DNA of 64,000 nucleotides from an uncultured Eubacteriales bacterium (GCA_964553505.1 CAZKKX010000001.1:2243-66242), one strand, 5' to 3'; positions 11,004 through 21,117 are shown, counted from the stretch's first letter. The notes: generated by a model from the letters alone, not told the origin. Numbers and translations: made by a program.

Positions 11004-12728
11004 ATGGAAAGTTATAATTATAAAAATGTGTTGGAATCCATTAACGATGCTGTTATCATAATCAATAAAAGTAAAAAAATAATATTTTTAAATGCCTCTG
11101 CAAAAAAACTGATAAAAGCGGCGTCCCGAAATGTCAACGATTTATATATCGAAAATGTTCTGCCAGGATCAAAAATTCCTGCTGTGCTAAAAAGTGGTCG
11201 GTCAGAAATACATAATAAAATGGCATTGGATAAAATAACGGTTATTGCAAATCATATGCCAATTTTTAATAATTCCGGACAAATAAACGGTGTGGCTTCT
11301 GTCTTTCGAGATATAACTGAAACCGACGAACTGAGTGAAGAAATTACTAAGCTAAAAGAAGTTCAGGCCATGCTTGAATCCATAATAGAATCTACCCAAG
11401 ACGCCATTTCGGTCGCTAATGAAAAAGGCATCAATATTATGGTCAATCATGCCTATACACTGCTTTCCGGCCTGAAAAAAGAAGAAATCATAGGGAAAAG
11501 TGTCACCGTAGATATCTCCGAGGGAGAAAGTATTCATTTAAAAGTTTTAAAAACAAAAAAACCGGTTAAAAACGCCAGGTTAAAATTAGCGCCTTTTAAT
11601 AAGGATATTATTGTTAATGCCGCTCCCATTATTGTTAATAACCGTCTTAGGGGCAGCGTTGCCGTTATACATGATGTAACTGAGATACAAAGACTTACAC
11701 AAGAATTAAATGCAGCAAAAGAAATGATTCGAAAAATTACCGGTAAGTATACCTTTAAAGATATTATCGGACAAGACAGTCAGATGAAGCTTGCCAAAGA
11801 AAAAGCAAAGAAAGCGGCAGTAACTCCGGCAACTGTTTTGCTGATTGGAGAAAGCGGAACAGGAAAAGAGTTGTTTGCTCATGCCATACACAATGAAAGT
11901 AATAAGAAATATAAAAAATTGGTTCGAATCAATTGTGCCGCTATTCCCGAAGCGCTTTTAGAAAGTGAATTATTTGGATATGAAGAAGGGGCTTTTACAG
12001 GAGCTAAAAAAGGCGGAAGACTCGGACTATTTGAACAAGCAAATGGCGGTACGATATTTTTAGATGAAATCGGTAAAATGAGCCTAAATACCCAAGCAAA
12101 GCTCTTACGAGTTTTGCAGGAAAAAGAAATTATTAAAGTAGGAGGCGGAGATGCCGTAAAAATTGATGTAAGAGTCATTGCGGCAACCAACGAGGATCTT
12201 GAAGAACAAGTGCAGACCGGGCTCTTTAGAGAAGATTTATACTACAGACTAAATGTTATTCCTATCTTTATACCACCCTTAAAATACCGGAAAAAGGATA
12301 TTCCTCTGCTGTCAAAAAACATAATACAGAAGTTTAATATCGAATACGGAAGATTTGTAAAGGATTTGTCAAGTGAAGCTATAAACATTATGTCCAATAT
12401 GGAATGGAAAGGAAATATTCGAGAATTGGAAAACTTCATCGGTCGTGCCATGATTGAGATGACTATTGATGAAGATATTATTGAAAAAAAACATTTGCCC
12501 ATTGAAAAATCAAAAATTACCGCACAGTCGGACACCGAATTGTATACACCGGAAGAAACAAGTGAAACAAAGAAATTAGAAGACATACTAAATGATATAG
12601 AAAAGAAATATATCGCAGACACTTTGAAAAAAAATAATTATAATAAAACAAAAACTGCCCGACAATTAGGTTTATCTATAAGAAACCTTTATTATAAAAT
12701 TGAAAAATATCATTTAGACAAAAATTAA
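11004..12728 (+). CDS. Sigma-54-dependent transcriptional activator (PAS-PAS-AAA+-Fis HTH)
   Basis: Walker A GESGTGKE, sigma-54 contact loop GAFTGA, ESELFGYEEGAFTGA, a C-terminal HTH (KTKTARQLGLSIRNLYYKI) and two N-terminal PAS-like regions. Confidence 0.92.
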   Translation: MESYNYKNVLESINDAVIIINKSKKIIFLNASAKKLIKAASRNVNDLYIENVLPGSKIPAVLKSGRSEIHNKMALDKITVIANHMPIFNNSGQINGVASVFRDITETDELSEEITKLKEVQAMLESIIESTQDAISVANEKGINIMVNHAYTLLSGLKKEEIIGKSVTVDISEGESIHLKVLKTKKPVKNARLKLAPFNKDIIVNAAPIIVNNRLRGSVAVIHDVTEIQRLTQELNAAKEMIRKITGKYTFKDIIGQDSQMKLAKEKAKKAAVTPATVLLIGESGTGKELFAHAIHNESNKKYKKLVRINCAAIPEALLESELFGYEEGAFTGAKKGGRLGLFEQANGGTIFLDEIGKMSLNTQAKLLRVLQEKEIIKVGGGDAVKIDVRVIAATNEDLEEQVQTGLFREDLYYRLNVIPIFIPPLKYRKKDIPLLSKNIIQKFNIEYGRFVKDLSSEAINIMSNMEWKGNIRELENFIGRAMIEMTIDEDIIEKKHLPIEKSKITAQSDTELYTPEETSETKKLEDILNDIEKKYIADTLKKNNYNKTKTARQLGLSIRNLYYKIEKYHLDKN

Positions 12729-12748
12729 GACTCTCAAATTTTACAACC

Positions 12749-12812
12749 ATGCAATATTTTTCATGGCTGTAAAATGTTTTGCAAAATATTGCATGCATTT
12801 TTTTGCATGATT
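12749..12812 (+). promoter_or_regulatory. Putative enhancer (UAS) for the sigma-54 activator
   Basis: Inverted repeat ATGCAATATTTT (12749-12760) / AAAATATTGCAT (12783-12794), followed by further TGCAT/TTGCAT repeats. Located about 70-130 bp upstream of the -24/-12 element. Confidence 0.5.
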
Positions 12813-12878
12813 GCTTTTTTTCTTATCTTTTCTTTAAGAATTGGTTGAAACCTCAAGGAATTGGGGTTTCTTTTTTTA

Positions 12879-12894
12879 TGGCACATCTCTTGCT
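12879..12894 (+). promoter_or_regulatory. Sigma-54 (-24/-12) promoter TGGCAC-N5-TTGCT
   Basis: Exact TGGCACATCTCTTGCT with canonical GG/GC spacing, 43 nt upstream of the buk ATG and just downstream of the activator gene. Confidence 0.85.
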
Positions 12895-12936
12895 AATTAT
12901 AAATATAGAACATCTCTATATAAAGGAGCCTTATTC

Positions 12937-14013
12937 ATGAAAAAAGCTTATAAAATACTTGTAATTAACCCTGGTTCTACCTCAACGAAAATCGCTGTTT
13001 TTTCAAATACAGAGTGTATTATGGAAAATACTATTAGACATAATACTGATGAGTTAGCCCAATATAATTTAATTTCAGACCAGTTTTCTTTTAGGAAGAA
13101 ACTTATAGAGCAGTTTTTGGAATCTAATAATATTTCTTTGTCCTCCTTCGATGCAGTTGTAGGAAGAGGCGGTTTACTCAAACCCTTGCCGGGGGGAACT
13201 TATTGCATAAATGAAAAAATGGTCCATGATCTGACCATCGGCGTTCAGGGACAGCACGCTTCAAATCTCGGCGGCATTATTGCAAAAAAAATTGGCGATG
13301 AAATTCACAAGCCGGCTTACATCGTAGATCCGGTAGTTGTAGATGAAATGGATGAAATAGCTCGGATAACCGGTATCCCTGAAATTAAAAGAAGTAGCAT
13401 TTTTCATGCCTTAAATCAAAAAGCAGTTGCAAGAAGTGTTTCAAAACAATTATCAAAAAAGTATGACGATCTTAATTTAATTGTTGCTCACTTGGGTGGA
13501 GGAATTTCAATAGGTGCCCATAAGAAAGGTCGCGTTATAGATGTTAATAATGCGTTGGAAGGTGATGGTCCTTTTACTCCTGAAAGAGCCGGGGAGATTC
13601 CTGGTGAAAAGCTAATCAAAATGTTCGTTTATGGAAACTATTCCATAAACGACATGATGAAAAAACTTGTAGGCGATAGTGGCTTGGTAGCACACCTGGG
13701 AACAAATAATGCAATAGAAGTCGGAAATATGATTGACAGCGGCAATAAAGATGCTGCTCTCATTTATAAATCAATGGCTTATCAAGTTGCCAAGGAAATA
13801 GGGAGTTGCGCTGCAGTCCTAAAAGGTTCTGTGGATGCCATTATTATCACTGGCGGAATGGCTAATGATTCACGTTTTACTGAGTGGATAGAAGAATATA
13901 TATCCTTTATCGGTAAAATTTTTGTCATCCCTGGAGAAAATGAAATGTTAGCACTGGCAGAAGGTACTCTCAGAATTTTACGAGGAGAAGAAGATGTAAA
14001 AGAATACGCATAG
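12937..14013 (+). CDS. buk: Butyrate (branched-chain acyl) kinase
   Basis: MKKAYKILVINPGSTSTKIAVF... is a typical Buk N-terminus. Start at ATG 12937 behind AAGGAG. The longer ORF-track start at 12841 would overlap the sigma-54 promoter. Confidence 0.9.
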   Translation: MKKAYKILVINPGSTSTKIAVFSNTECIMENTIRHNTDELAQYNLISDQFSFRKKLIEQFLESNNISLSSFDAVVGRGGLLKPLPGGTYCINEKMVHDLTIGVQGQHASNLGGIIAKKIGDEIHKPAYIVDPVVVDEMDEIARITGIPEIKRSSIFHALNQKAVARSVSKQLSKKYDDLNLIVAHLGGGISIGAHKKGRVIDVNNALEGDGPFTPERAGEIPGEKLIKMFVYGNYSINDMMKKLVGDSGLVAHLGTNNAIEVGNMIDSGNKDAALIYKSMAYQVAKEIGSCAAVLKGSVDAIIITGGMANDSRFTEWIEEYISFIGKIFVIPGENEMLALAEGTLRILRGEEDVKEYA

Positions 14014-14036
14014 ATTTAGCAAAAGGAGGTTTATTT

Positions 14037-14258
14037 ATGGCAAAGGGAAAAATTGTTTTTGAAGAAGAACGTTGCAAAGGCTGCGAATTATGTATCTCCG
14101 TATGCCCAGCAGCTATTCTGAGCTTAAAGGAAGATGTAATAAATTCAAAAGGTTTTCATCCGGCATATGTAGTTAATGAAGAAAAGTGTACAGGTTGCAG
14201 TAATTGTGCTGCCATTTGCCCGGACGTAGTTATTACAGTTCATCGAATTGACAAATGA
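14037..14258 (+). CDS. 2x[4Fe-4S] ferredoxin, delta subunit of 2-oxoacid:ferredoxin oxidoreductase
   Basis: Two CxxCxxCxxxCP motifs (CKGCELCISVCP, CTGCSNCAAICP) in 73 aa. It precedes the alpha, beta and gamma subunits. Confidence 0.85.
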   Translation: MAKGKIVFEEERCKGCELCISVCPAAILSLKEDVINSKGFHPAYVVNEEKCTGCSNCAAICPDVVITVHRIDK

Positions 14259-14337
14259 ATAGCTGCTCCGGACTTCTCTGAACTATTACGGACTACAATC
14301 TATAATCCATAATCTATAAAATAAGGGAGTGATTTAT

Positions 14338-15399
14338 TTGAAAAAAACTTTAATGAAAGGGAATGAAGCCTTTGCTGCTGCTGCAATAAAAGGCGGTTGT
14401 AAATACTTTTTTGGTTATCCCATTACTCCGCAAAATGAACTTCCTGAATATATGTCACGAGAACTGCCCAAAGCAGGAGGTTGCTTTTTACAAGCAGAAA
14501 GCGAAATCGCCGCCATCAATATGGTGTACGGCGCGGCGTGTGCCGGCGCCAGAGTTTTGACATCTTCATCTTCGCCTGGTATTGCTTTGAAGCAGGAAGG
14601 AATTTCATTTCTTGCTTCTGCTGAATTACCCTGTGTTATTATAAATGTATCCAGAGCAGGTCCCGGAATCGGAGGAATTCAGCCTGGTCAAGCCGACTAT
14701 TATCAAAGCACCCGCGGAGGCGGTAACGGTGATTATCAGGTTATCGTATATGCCCCGGCTTCTGTACAAGAAGCAGTTGAACTAACAACGGATGCTTTTG
14801 AAACAGCAGATTATTACAGAAATCCTGTTATGATTCTGGGGGATGGAATGATAGGTCAAATGATGGAACCTGTAGAACTGAGAGAGCCAAAAAAAAGAAA
14901 CTTATCTCCTAAAAAGTGGGCATTAACCGGCACTAAAGGACTACGTTCCAATAATACAATCAAATCTTTGGCTCTGGAGCCGGATGACCTGGAAAAAGTA
15001 AACTTAAAACTGAAAGAAAAATACGATATGATTCGAAAAAATGAAGTTAGGTATGAATCTTTTAACCTTGAAGATGCGGAAATCGTTTTCGTGGCTTATG
15101 GAACAGTTTCCAGAATAGTCAAAGCCGTTATTGAAGAGCTGTCCTTGCAGAATATCAAAGCAGGTCTAATAAGACCTATTACATTATGGCCTTTTCCATA
15201 TGAAGCTTTTGAAAGTCTTAGCACTAAAACGAAATGTGTTATGAGCATAGAAATGAGTCTTGGACAAATGGTAGATGACGTAAGAATAGCAGTAAACGGT
15301 AGCGTCCCTGTAGACTTTTACGGGCGTTCCGGCGGAAATATTCCTTCTCCTGAAACAATTATTCAAAAAGCAAAAAAAATTTTAGGAGGTGCAGAATGA
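14338..15399 (+). CDS. 2-oxoacid:ferredoxin oxidoreductase alpha subunit (VorB/KorA-like)
   Basis: KGNEAFAAAAIKGGCKYFFGYPITPQNE is typical of the OFOR alpha subunit. Probable TTG start at 14338, 8 nt after GGGAG; the ORF track starts at GTG 14329. Confidence 0.88.
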   Translation: MKKTLMKGNEAFAAAAIKGGCKYFFGYPITPQNELPEYMSRELPKAGGCFLQAESEIAAINMVYGAACAGARVLTSSSSPGIALKQEGISFLASAELPCVIINVSRAGPGIGGIQPGQADYYQSTRGGGNGDYQVIVYAPASVQEAVELTTDAFETADYYRNPVMILGDGMIGQMMEPVELREPKKRNLSPKKWALTGTKGLRSNNTIKSLALEPDDLEKVNLKLKEKYDMIRKNEVRYESFNLEDAEIVFVAYGTVSRIVKAVIEELSLQNIKAGLIRPITLWPFPYEAFESLSTKTKCVMSIEMSLGQMVDDVRIAVNGSVPVDFYGRSGGNIPSPETIIQKAKKILGGAE

Positions 15400-16145
15400 T
15401 GGCTGTTATTTTTAAAAAAAGCAAAGGATTAACAGATACGGAGCAGCATTACTGCCCGGGTTGTACTCATGGAATTACCCACAGATTGGCTGCAGAAGCC
15501 TTGGAAGAATTAGGAGTATTGGACAGAGCCATAGGTGTTTCTCCTGTTGGTTGCAGTATCCTGGCACATAAATACTTTGCCATTGATATGTGCGAGGCAG
15601 CTCATGGTCGCGCACCTGCTGTTGCAACGGGCATCAAAAGAGTTCAGTCGAATAGTGTTACCTTTACTTATCAGGGTGACGGTGATTTAGCTTCTATCGG
15701 TACTGCTGAAATCGTACATGCAGCGCATAGAGCAGAAAAAATCACAACAATTTTTATAAATAATGCTATTTACGGTATGACAGGCGGTCAAATGGCGCCT
15801 ACAACCTTGGCTGGCCAGATTGCTACTACCGCTCCAAATGGAAGAGATCCAAATCATTGTGGTTTCCCTTTAAGAGTATCGGAAATGCTTGCTACCATAG
15901 ATGGTGCTGTTTTTGTGGAACGCGTTTCCGTAGACAATCCTGCTAATATACGAAAAGCAAAAAAAGCCATTAAAAAGGCTTTTGAAGTTCAATTATCAGG
16001 ACTTGGGTTTTCATTTGTTGAAGTATTATCCACTTGTCCCACCAACTGGGGTATGGACCCTGTTGATTCTTTGGAATGGCTGAGAGAAAATATGATTCCT
16101 TATTATCCATTAGGAAATTTTAAATCCCCAAAGGAGGTCAAATAG
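15396..16145 (+). CDS. 2-oxoacid:ferredoxin oxidoreductase beta subunit (TPP-binding)
   Basis: CPGCTHG and GDGD...NN TPP-binding motifs. The start overlaps the alpha stop (ATGA). Confidence 0.9.
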   Translation: MMAVIFKKSKGLTDTEQHYCPGCTHGITHRLAAEALEELGVLDRAIGVSPVGCSILAHKYFAIDMCEAAHGRAPAVATGIKRVQSNSVTFTYQGDGDLASIGTAEIVHAAHRAEKITTIFINNAIYGMTGGQMAPTTLAGQIATTAPNGRDPNHCGFPLRVSEMLATIDGAVFVERVSVDNPANIRKAKKAIKKAFEVQLSGLGFSFVEVLSTCPTNWGMDPVDSLEWLRENMIPYYPLGNFKSPKEVK

Positions 16146-16146
16146 A

Positions 16147-16689
16147 ATGACAACTCACAAATATATTATTTCAGGTTTTGGAGGACAGGGCGTTATGTCA
16201 ATGGGGATGATGCTGGCCTATGCCGGAATGCTTGAAGACAAAGAAGTTACATGGCTTCCGTCTTATGGTCCTGAAATGCGCGGCGGAACTGCAAATTGCA
16301 GTGTTGTCATTTCTGATAAACCTGTTAGTTCACCGGTTGTAACAAAAGCGACATCTGTCATTACAATGAATTTGCCCTCCCTTATAAAGTTTCAGGATAA
16401 TTTAAAAGAAGGCGGAAATTTATTTATCAACAGTTCCCTAATCGACGAAAAAGCTTCGAGAAAAGATGTTCATGCGTATTACATCACGGCCAATGATATG
16501 GCTTTAGTGCTGGGAAACGATAAAACATCAAACATGATCATGTTAGGTGCCGTTCTTTCTAAAACCGCAACAGTAAGTCTTAAATCTGTTGAAAAAGTCT
16601 TAGAAAAACTGTTTAAAAATAAGCAGAACCTGATTCCCCTAAATATTAAGGCATTAAATCTGGGATATGAAACACAAATGGTTCTTTAG
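16147..16689 (+). CDS. 2-oxoacid:ferredoxin oxidoreductase gamma subunit
   Basis: ISGFGGQGV...SYGPEMRGGTANC is the gamma-subunit signature. The gap to the beta subunit is 1 nt. Confidence 0.9.
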   Translation: MTTHKYIISGFGGQGVMSMGMMLAYAGMLEDKEVTWLPSYGPEMRGGTANCSVVISDKPVSSPVVTKATSVITMNLPSLIKFQDNLKEGGNLFINSSLIDEKASRKDVHAYYITANDMALVLGNDKTSNMIMLGAVLSKTATVSLKSVEKVLEKLFKNKQNLIPLNIKALNLGYETQMVL

Positions 16690-16702
16690 CTTAAAAGAAG
16701 CA

Positions 16703-16746
16703 AAACATAACAAGGTAAAAAGAATATCATTTACCTTGTTATGTTT
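16703..16746. terminator. Bidirectional terminator between the convergent sigma-54 operon and panE
   Basis: Perfect 17-bp stem AAACATAACAAGGTAAA (16703-16719) / TTTACCTTGTTATGTTT (16730-16746) with a 10-nt loop. Confidence 0.85.
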
Positions 16747-16761
16747 AGGGAAATATATGGT

Positions 16762-17685
16762 TCAAATATTATATGTTTTTTCTTTTATTAACACTAATTG
16801 TGTCAATACTTTATTTATTGGCGTTTGAATTTGCTCTTTTTCCGCTTCTCTGACAATAGCCCCATTGATCATTTCAATCTCTGTTTTGCGATGATTCATT
16901 ACATCCTGAAGCATAGACGATCGATTGGCTGCCGTAGCCTTGCAAACTTCTTTAGTATGCTCTACCGCATCCTCCGTTGACAATTTGATTCTTTTTGAAT
17001 CGGCAACCTTTACAGCTTCTTTCACGGCTTCTTCTAAAATCCACTTTGTTTCGGGAAATTCAGTTAACTGTCCGTTATTCAATCCTGTAATAGCTGTTAG
17101 TGCATTTATTCCAACATTCACTAATAATTTATCCCATATCAATCCCATGATATTGTCGGAAACTATCGCTTCTATTCCAGCTTTCTCTAATATTTTTATA
17201 ACCAATTGTATTCTTTGAGTTTTTGAACCGTCTAATTCACCTATTATGGTTTTTCCCTTTCCTGCATGTTTAATTTTTCCCGGACCCATCAGTGTGGAAC
17301 CATGAGCTGTTGTTCCTGCAATAATATTTGCATATTCTATAACCCGTTGAATTTTCTCGATATTCCCTAATCCGTTTTGAAGAGTTAAAATGATTGTATC
17401 TTTTCCTATCAGGGCTTTGTTCTGAGAAATTGCAACATCTGTAATTGTCGATTTGACAAAAACCAACACCAGTTGAACATTTCCCACTTCTTTGGAATCT
17501 GCCGTCGCTTTGATGTTTTTGATAGCTCGGTTACCACTAAGTCCCTCAATCCAAAGACCATCCTTGTTAATTGCATCAACGTGCTCTTTAAATACATCAA
17601 TGAGCCACACTTCATTACCTGCTTCCGCAAGTAGCCCGCCGTACAAGCTGCCCATTGCTCCTGCTCCTAAAACAGCAATTTTCAT
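16762..17685 (-). CDS. panE: 2-dehydropantoate 2-reductase
   Basis: MKIAVLGAGAMGSLYGGLLAEAG Rossmann N-terminus and overall ApbA/PanE length. Adjacent to panB. Confidence 0.85.
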   Translation of the reverse strand: MKIAVLGAGAMGSLYGGLLAEAGNEVWLIDVFKEHVDAINKDGLWIEGLSGNRAIKNIKATADSKEVGNVQLVLVFVKSTITDVAISQNKALIGKDTIILTLQNGLGNIEKIQRVIEYANIIAGTTAHGSTLMGPGKIKHAGKGKTIIGELDGSKTQRIQLVIKILEKAGIEAIVSDNIMGLIWDKLLVNVGINALTAITGLNNGQLTEFPETKWILEEAVKEAVKVADSKRIKLSTEDAVEHTKEVCKATAANRSSMLQDVMNHRKTEIEMINGAIVREAEKEQIQTPINKVLTQLVLIKEKTYNI

Positions 17686-17720
17686 CTTGTTCTCCTCCAG
17701 TATAATTCCCTTCTCCTTTG

Positions 17721-18554
17721 TTAATATAATCTTTTCAGTTCCTCTTCTTTAATACCGCCAAACACATGTTTTTCCTCAGGAAATTTTTCTTTTCGGATGT
17801 CCTCTTTAAATGCTTCTAAGCCTTTAATAATTTCAGGCGCCAAATTAAGATATTGTTTTACAAACTTAGGTGTAAATTTTTCAAACAATCCAAACATATC
17901 ATGGAAAACCAATACCTGTCCATCACAATACCGACCGCCGCCAATGCCGATAGTGGGAATTGATACTTTAGTAGTAATAAGTTTTCCAAGTTGCTCCGGG
18001 ATAGCTTCAAGTATCAAACTGGTCGCTCCTGCTTCCTGCAATAGCAATGCATCTTTTAGAACCGTCTCGGCTGCTTCTTCTCCTTTTCCTTGCACTTTAA
18101 AGCCTCCAAGCTTGGATACGGTTTGTGGCGTAAGACCAATATGTCCCATTACAGGGATGCCTGCATCAACAATTGCTTTAACCGTATCGGCCATTTCTTT
18201 TCCACCTTCAAGCTTAATGATATCACAACCGCCTTCCTTCATTAGACGATTTGCATTGGAAACGGCTTGTTCTTTGGATACATTATATGAACCAAACGGC
18301 ATATCTCCTACAATCATAGGATTAGGAGCTCCTTTTACTACCGGTCGAATATGATGTATCATATCCTCCATTGTACACGGAACGGTAGAATCATTTCCTA
18401 AAACCGTCATAGAAAGAGAATCACCAACCAGAATAATTTCTATTCCCGCTTTATCTACCATGAAGGCTGTGGGATAATCATAAGCAGTTGTCATGCTTAT
18501 TTTTATACCCTGATCTTTCATTTCCTGTAACTTTTGTGTCGTTATTTTTGCCAT
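17721..18554 (-). CDS. panB: 3-methyl-2-oxobutanoate hydroxymethyltransferase
   Basis: KISMTTAYDYPTA...ILVGDSLSMTVLG...GDMPFGSY are typical PanB motifs. Confidence 0.93.
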   Translation of the reverse strand: MAKITTQKLQEMKDQGIKISMTTAYDYPTAFMVDKAGIEIILVGDSLSMTVLGNDSTVPCTMEDMIHHIRPVVKGAPNPMIVGDMPFGSYNVSKEQAVSNANRLMKEGGCDIIKLEGGKEMADTVKAIVDAGIPVMGHIGLTPQTVSKLGGFKVQGKGEEAAETVLKDALLLQEAGATSLILEAIPEQLGKLITTKVSIPTIGIGGGRYCDGQVLVFHDMFGLFEKFTPKFVKQYLNLAPEIIKGLEAFKEDIRKEKFPEEKHVFGGIKEEELKRLY

Positions 18555-18577
18555 TATATTTTCCTCCTTGTATATAA

Positions 18578-19351
18578 TTAATTATGGCTGTAACCAAATT
18601 CTTTTGATAGGCTTGCGGCTGTTGTCCTAATCAGGTTTCCGTAACCAATATTTTTTTCGCCTTCGTCATATCGGTATTTCGGAACAGCAATACTGATTGC
18701 TGCGATAACTTCACCATAGTAATTAAATACCGGCGCAGCTATGCATTTAAGCCCTTCCACATACTCCTCATCGTCCAGACAGTAGCCCTTTTCTCGTATC
18801 CTTACAAACTGTTTGAACAATAATTTCTTATCTGATACGGTTTTGTTCGTATGTTTAACAAATTCTACATTTTCCAACATTTTAAGTGCTTTATCTTCCG
18901 GCATGAAAGCAAGCATCGCTTTCCCAAGTCCGGTACAATAAGCAGGAAGCCTTTTTCCTATATTCAAATCTACCTTTATGGTTGCAGGACTTTCGATTTT
19001 ATCAATATAGATAATATCTCTATCATACATTACGGCAATATTTACCGTTTCATTAGTAATCCTTGCAACCTGTTCCAAATAAGGCTGTGCCAGACGTCTT
19101 AATCCCAGCCTCTCTATCACATTGTTTCCCATCTCAAACAATTTAAAGCTATTGGAATATTTATTATTAGATATATTCTGAACCACATATTTTTTTTCTT
19201 TTAATGTACTTATAATCCGATGGACTGTACTTTTATCCATTTTTAACGCTTCGCTGATTTCTGTGATTCCCAATTCCCGTCTTTTATCTAAAAGCTCTAA
19301 AATATCAAAAGCCTTCACAATTGATTTAACGGTATTTGTTCTCTCATTCAT
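18578..19351 (-). CDS. IclR family transcriptional regulator
   Basis: N-terminal winged HTH (VKAFDILELL...LGITEISEALKMDKSTVHRII) and a C-terminal IclR effector domain. 257 aa. Confidence 0.85.
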   Translation of the reverse strand: MNERTNTVKSIVKAFDILELLDKRRELGITEISEALKMDKSTVHRIISTLKEKKYVVQNISNNKYSNSFKLFEMGNNVIERLGLRRLAQPYLEQVARITNETVNIAVMYDRDIIYIDKIESPATIKVDLNIGKRLPAYCTGLGKAMLAFMPEDKALKMLENVEFVKHTNKTVSDKKLLFKQFVRIREKGYCLDDEEYVEGLKCIAAPVFNYYGEVIAAISIAVPKYRYDEGEKNIGYGNLIRTTAASLSKEFGYSHN

Positions 19352-19377
19352 AATATATATTCTCCTGATATTATTTT

Positions 19378-20229
19378 TTATAACTTAAGCCTTGTGGCTC
19401 CTTTTAAATAAACAAACCAATAAGCAACTGCAACGAAAAAACCCCCTCCTATGATATTTCCTAATGTAACAGGTATAAGATTATTTATTATAAAGGTCTG
19501 CCAATTCAACCCTGCTAAAGTCTCGGCAGATAAATCTGCTGTTTCTACCAATGCCGGATACGCTTTTGCCATTATTCCCGCCGGAATATAATACATGTTT
19601 GCAACACTATGCTCAAACCCTGATGTAACAAAAAGCAATATCGGAAAAAACATACCTAATATTTTACCTGTTACATCTTTTGCGCTATAAGCTATCCAAA
19701 CTCCTAGACACACAAGCCAATTACACATTATTCCAAGGAAAACTGCAGGCATAAAAGAAAGGCTTGTTTTATATGCTGCTATCTTAATGGTCACTGCACC
19801 TAACATATTATCACCGCTGCTGAGCAGCCCTGATTGAACCATCATAAAAGCAATCAATAACGAACCGATAAAATTTCCTGCATATACAAAGAACCAATTA
19901 GAAAGCATGCTTCTTAGTTTTACCCTTTTTTCCAACACGCTTATAATAATTAAGGAATTTCCGGTAAATAGCTCTCCTCCGGCTATCAGAACTAACATCA
20001 ACCCTGCACCAAATATAGAACCAGCTAATACTTTTCCTAATCCATAAGTATCACTCCTTGCAAACAGATTAAAGGCTGCCATATTAGAAGCTTCGGCTGC
20101 AAACGCAACAAAAGCACCTGCCAGTATACCTAATATCAATTGGTCTCTAAGAGAGATCCTTACTTTTTTTATACCTGTTTCTACAACGCTTTTTGTTATC
20201 TCTTCCGGTGTTAAAAAATTAGATTCCAT
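19378..20229 (-). CDS. Formate/nitrite transporter family channel (FocA-like)
   Basis: 283 aa, six-TM FNT pattern with GGELFTGN and the FEHSVANM signature. Confidence 0.88.
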   Translation of the reverse strand: MESNFLTPEEITKSVVETGIKKVRISLRDQLILGILAGAFVAFAAEASNMAAFNLFARSDTYGLGKVLAGSIFGAGLMLVLIAGGELFTGNSLIIISVLEKRVKLRSMLSNWFFVYAGNFIGSLLIAFMMVQSGLLSSGDNMLGAVTIKIAAYKTSLSFMPAVFLGIMCNWLVCLGVWIAYSAKDVTGKILGMFFPILLFVTSGFEHSVANMYYIPAGIMAKAYPALVETADLSAETLAGLNWQTFIINNLIPVTLGNIIGGGFFVAVAYWFVYLKGATRLKL

Positions 20230-20270
20230 TGTTTTCCTCTCTTCGGTATATCAACCCTTAAAGCTTATGT

Positions 20271-21116
20271 TTAAGTATTTTTTCTAACTGCATCCAATAC
20301 GTGTCTTAGGAGTACAGTACTGGTCACAGTGCCAACACCCCTCGGCACAGGTGTAATAGCGGATACTATTTCCTTTACTTCATCAAAATTGACATCTCCA
20401 CACATTTCAGAATCAAGATAATTGATACCTACATCGATAATTACTGATTTGCTGTTAAAGTATTCTTTTCCAAATATTTTTGCTTTTCCTGCCCCTGTAA
20501 TGACAATATCTGCCGTCGAAGCTTCTTTCGACAAATCGACTGTTTTCGAATGACATATCTCAACTGTAGCATTTTCTTCAAGAAACATCATTGCAAGGGG
20601 TTTTCCTAAAACCAAGCTTCTATTAATAATAACTATTTTTGCACCTTTCCTTTGAATGTTGTAATACCTCAGTATTTCGATTACGGCTTCAGGTGTACAA
20701 GGTAAAAAACCGTCTTGTGATCCTTCAAATACTTTTTGTAGATTAACAGGATTCATGCAGTCTATATCCTTTTTCGGGTCTATCAAAGCCTGTATGATAT
20801 CCACATCTAATTGTTCCGGAAGCGGTCTAAATATTAGTATTCCGTGAATCTCATTATCCTCATTAACCATTTTCACAAGATTCGTAAAATCTTTCATGGA
20901 AATATCCTTTTTAGCTTCATAAACAACCGGCTTAATTCCTATAAGCTCACAGTTTTTTATAATAGATTGTTCATATGCAATATCATCTTCCCTGCTACCA
21001 ACACGAATAATCGCCATTGTAGGAAATATTCCTCTGTTTTGGAATTCCTCAACATCCATTTTCATTTTTGTTTTCATTTTTTCTACAACGGGTTTTCCGT
21101 AAAGAATTTGGGGCAT
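20271..21116 (-). CDS. folD: Bifunctional 5,10-methylene-THF dehydrogenase / 5,10-methenyl-THF cyclohydrolase
   Basis: Typical FolD length and motifs (GFLPCTP, INRSLVLGKPLAMM, TPVPRGVGTVT). Confidence 0.93.
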   Translation of the reverse strand: MPQILYGKPVVEKMKTKMKMDVEEFQNRGIFPTMAIIRVGSREDDIAYEQSIIKNCELIGIKPVVYEAKKDISMKDFTNLVKMVNEDNEIHGILIFRPLPEQLDVDIIQALIDPKKDIDCMNPVNLQKVFEGSQDGFLPCTPEAVIEILRYYNIQRKGAKIVIINRSLVLGKPLAMMFLEENATVEICHSKTVDLSKEASTADIVITGAGKAKIFGKEYFNSKSVIIDVGINYLDSEMCGDVNFDEVKEIVSAITPVPRGVGTVTSTVLLRHVLDAVRKNT

Positions 21117-21117
21117 T

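Noticed and set aside
12764-12784. TGGCTGTAAAATGTTTTGCA looked like a second sigma-54 -24/-12 element.
   Set aside because: The GG-to-GC spacing is 16 nt instead of the required 12. The exact element at 12879-12894 explains the operon, and this stretch is better read as part of the enhancer repeats.
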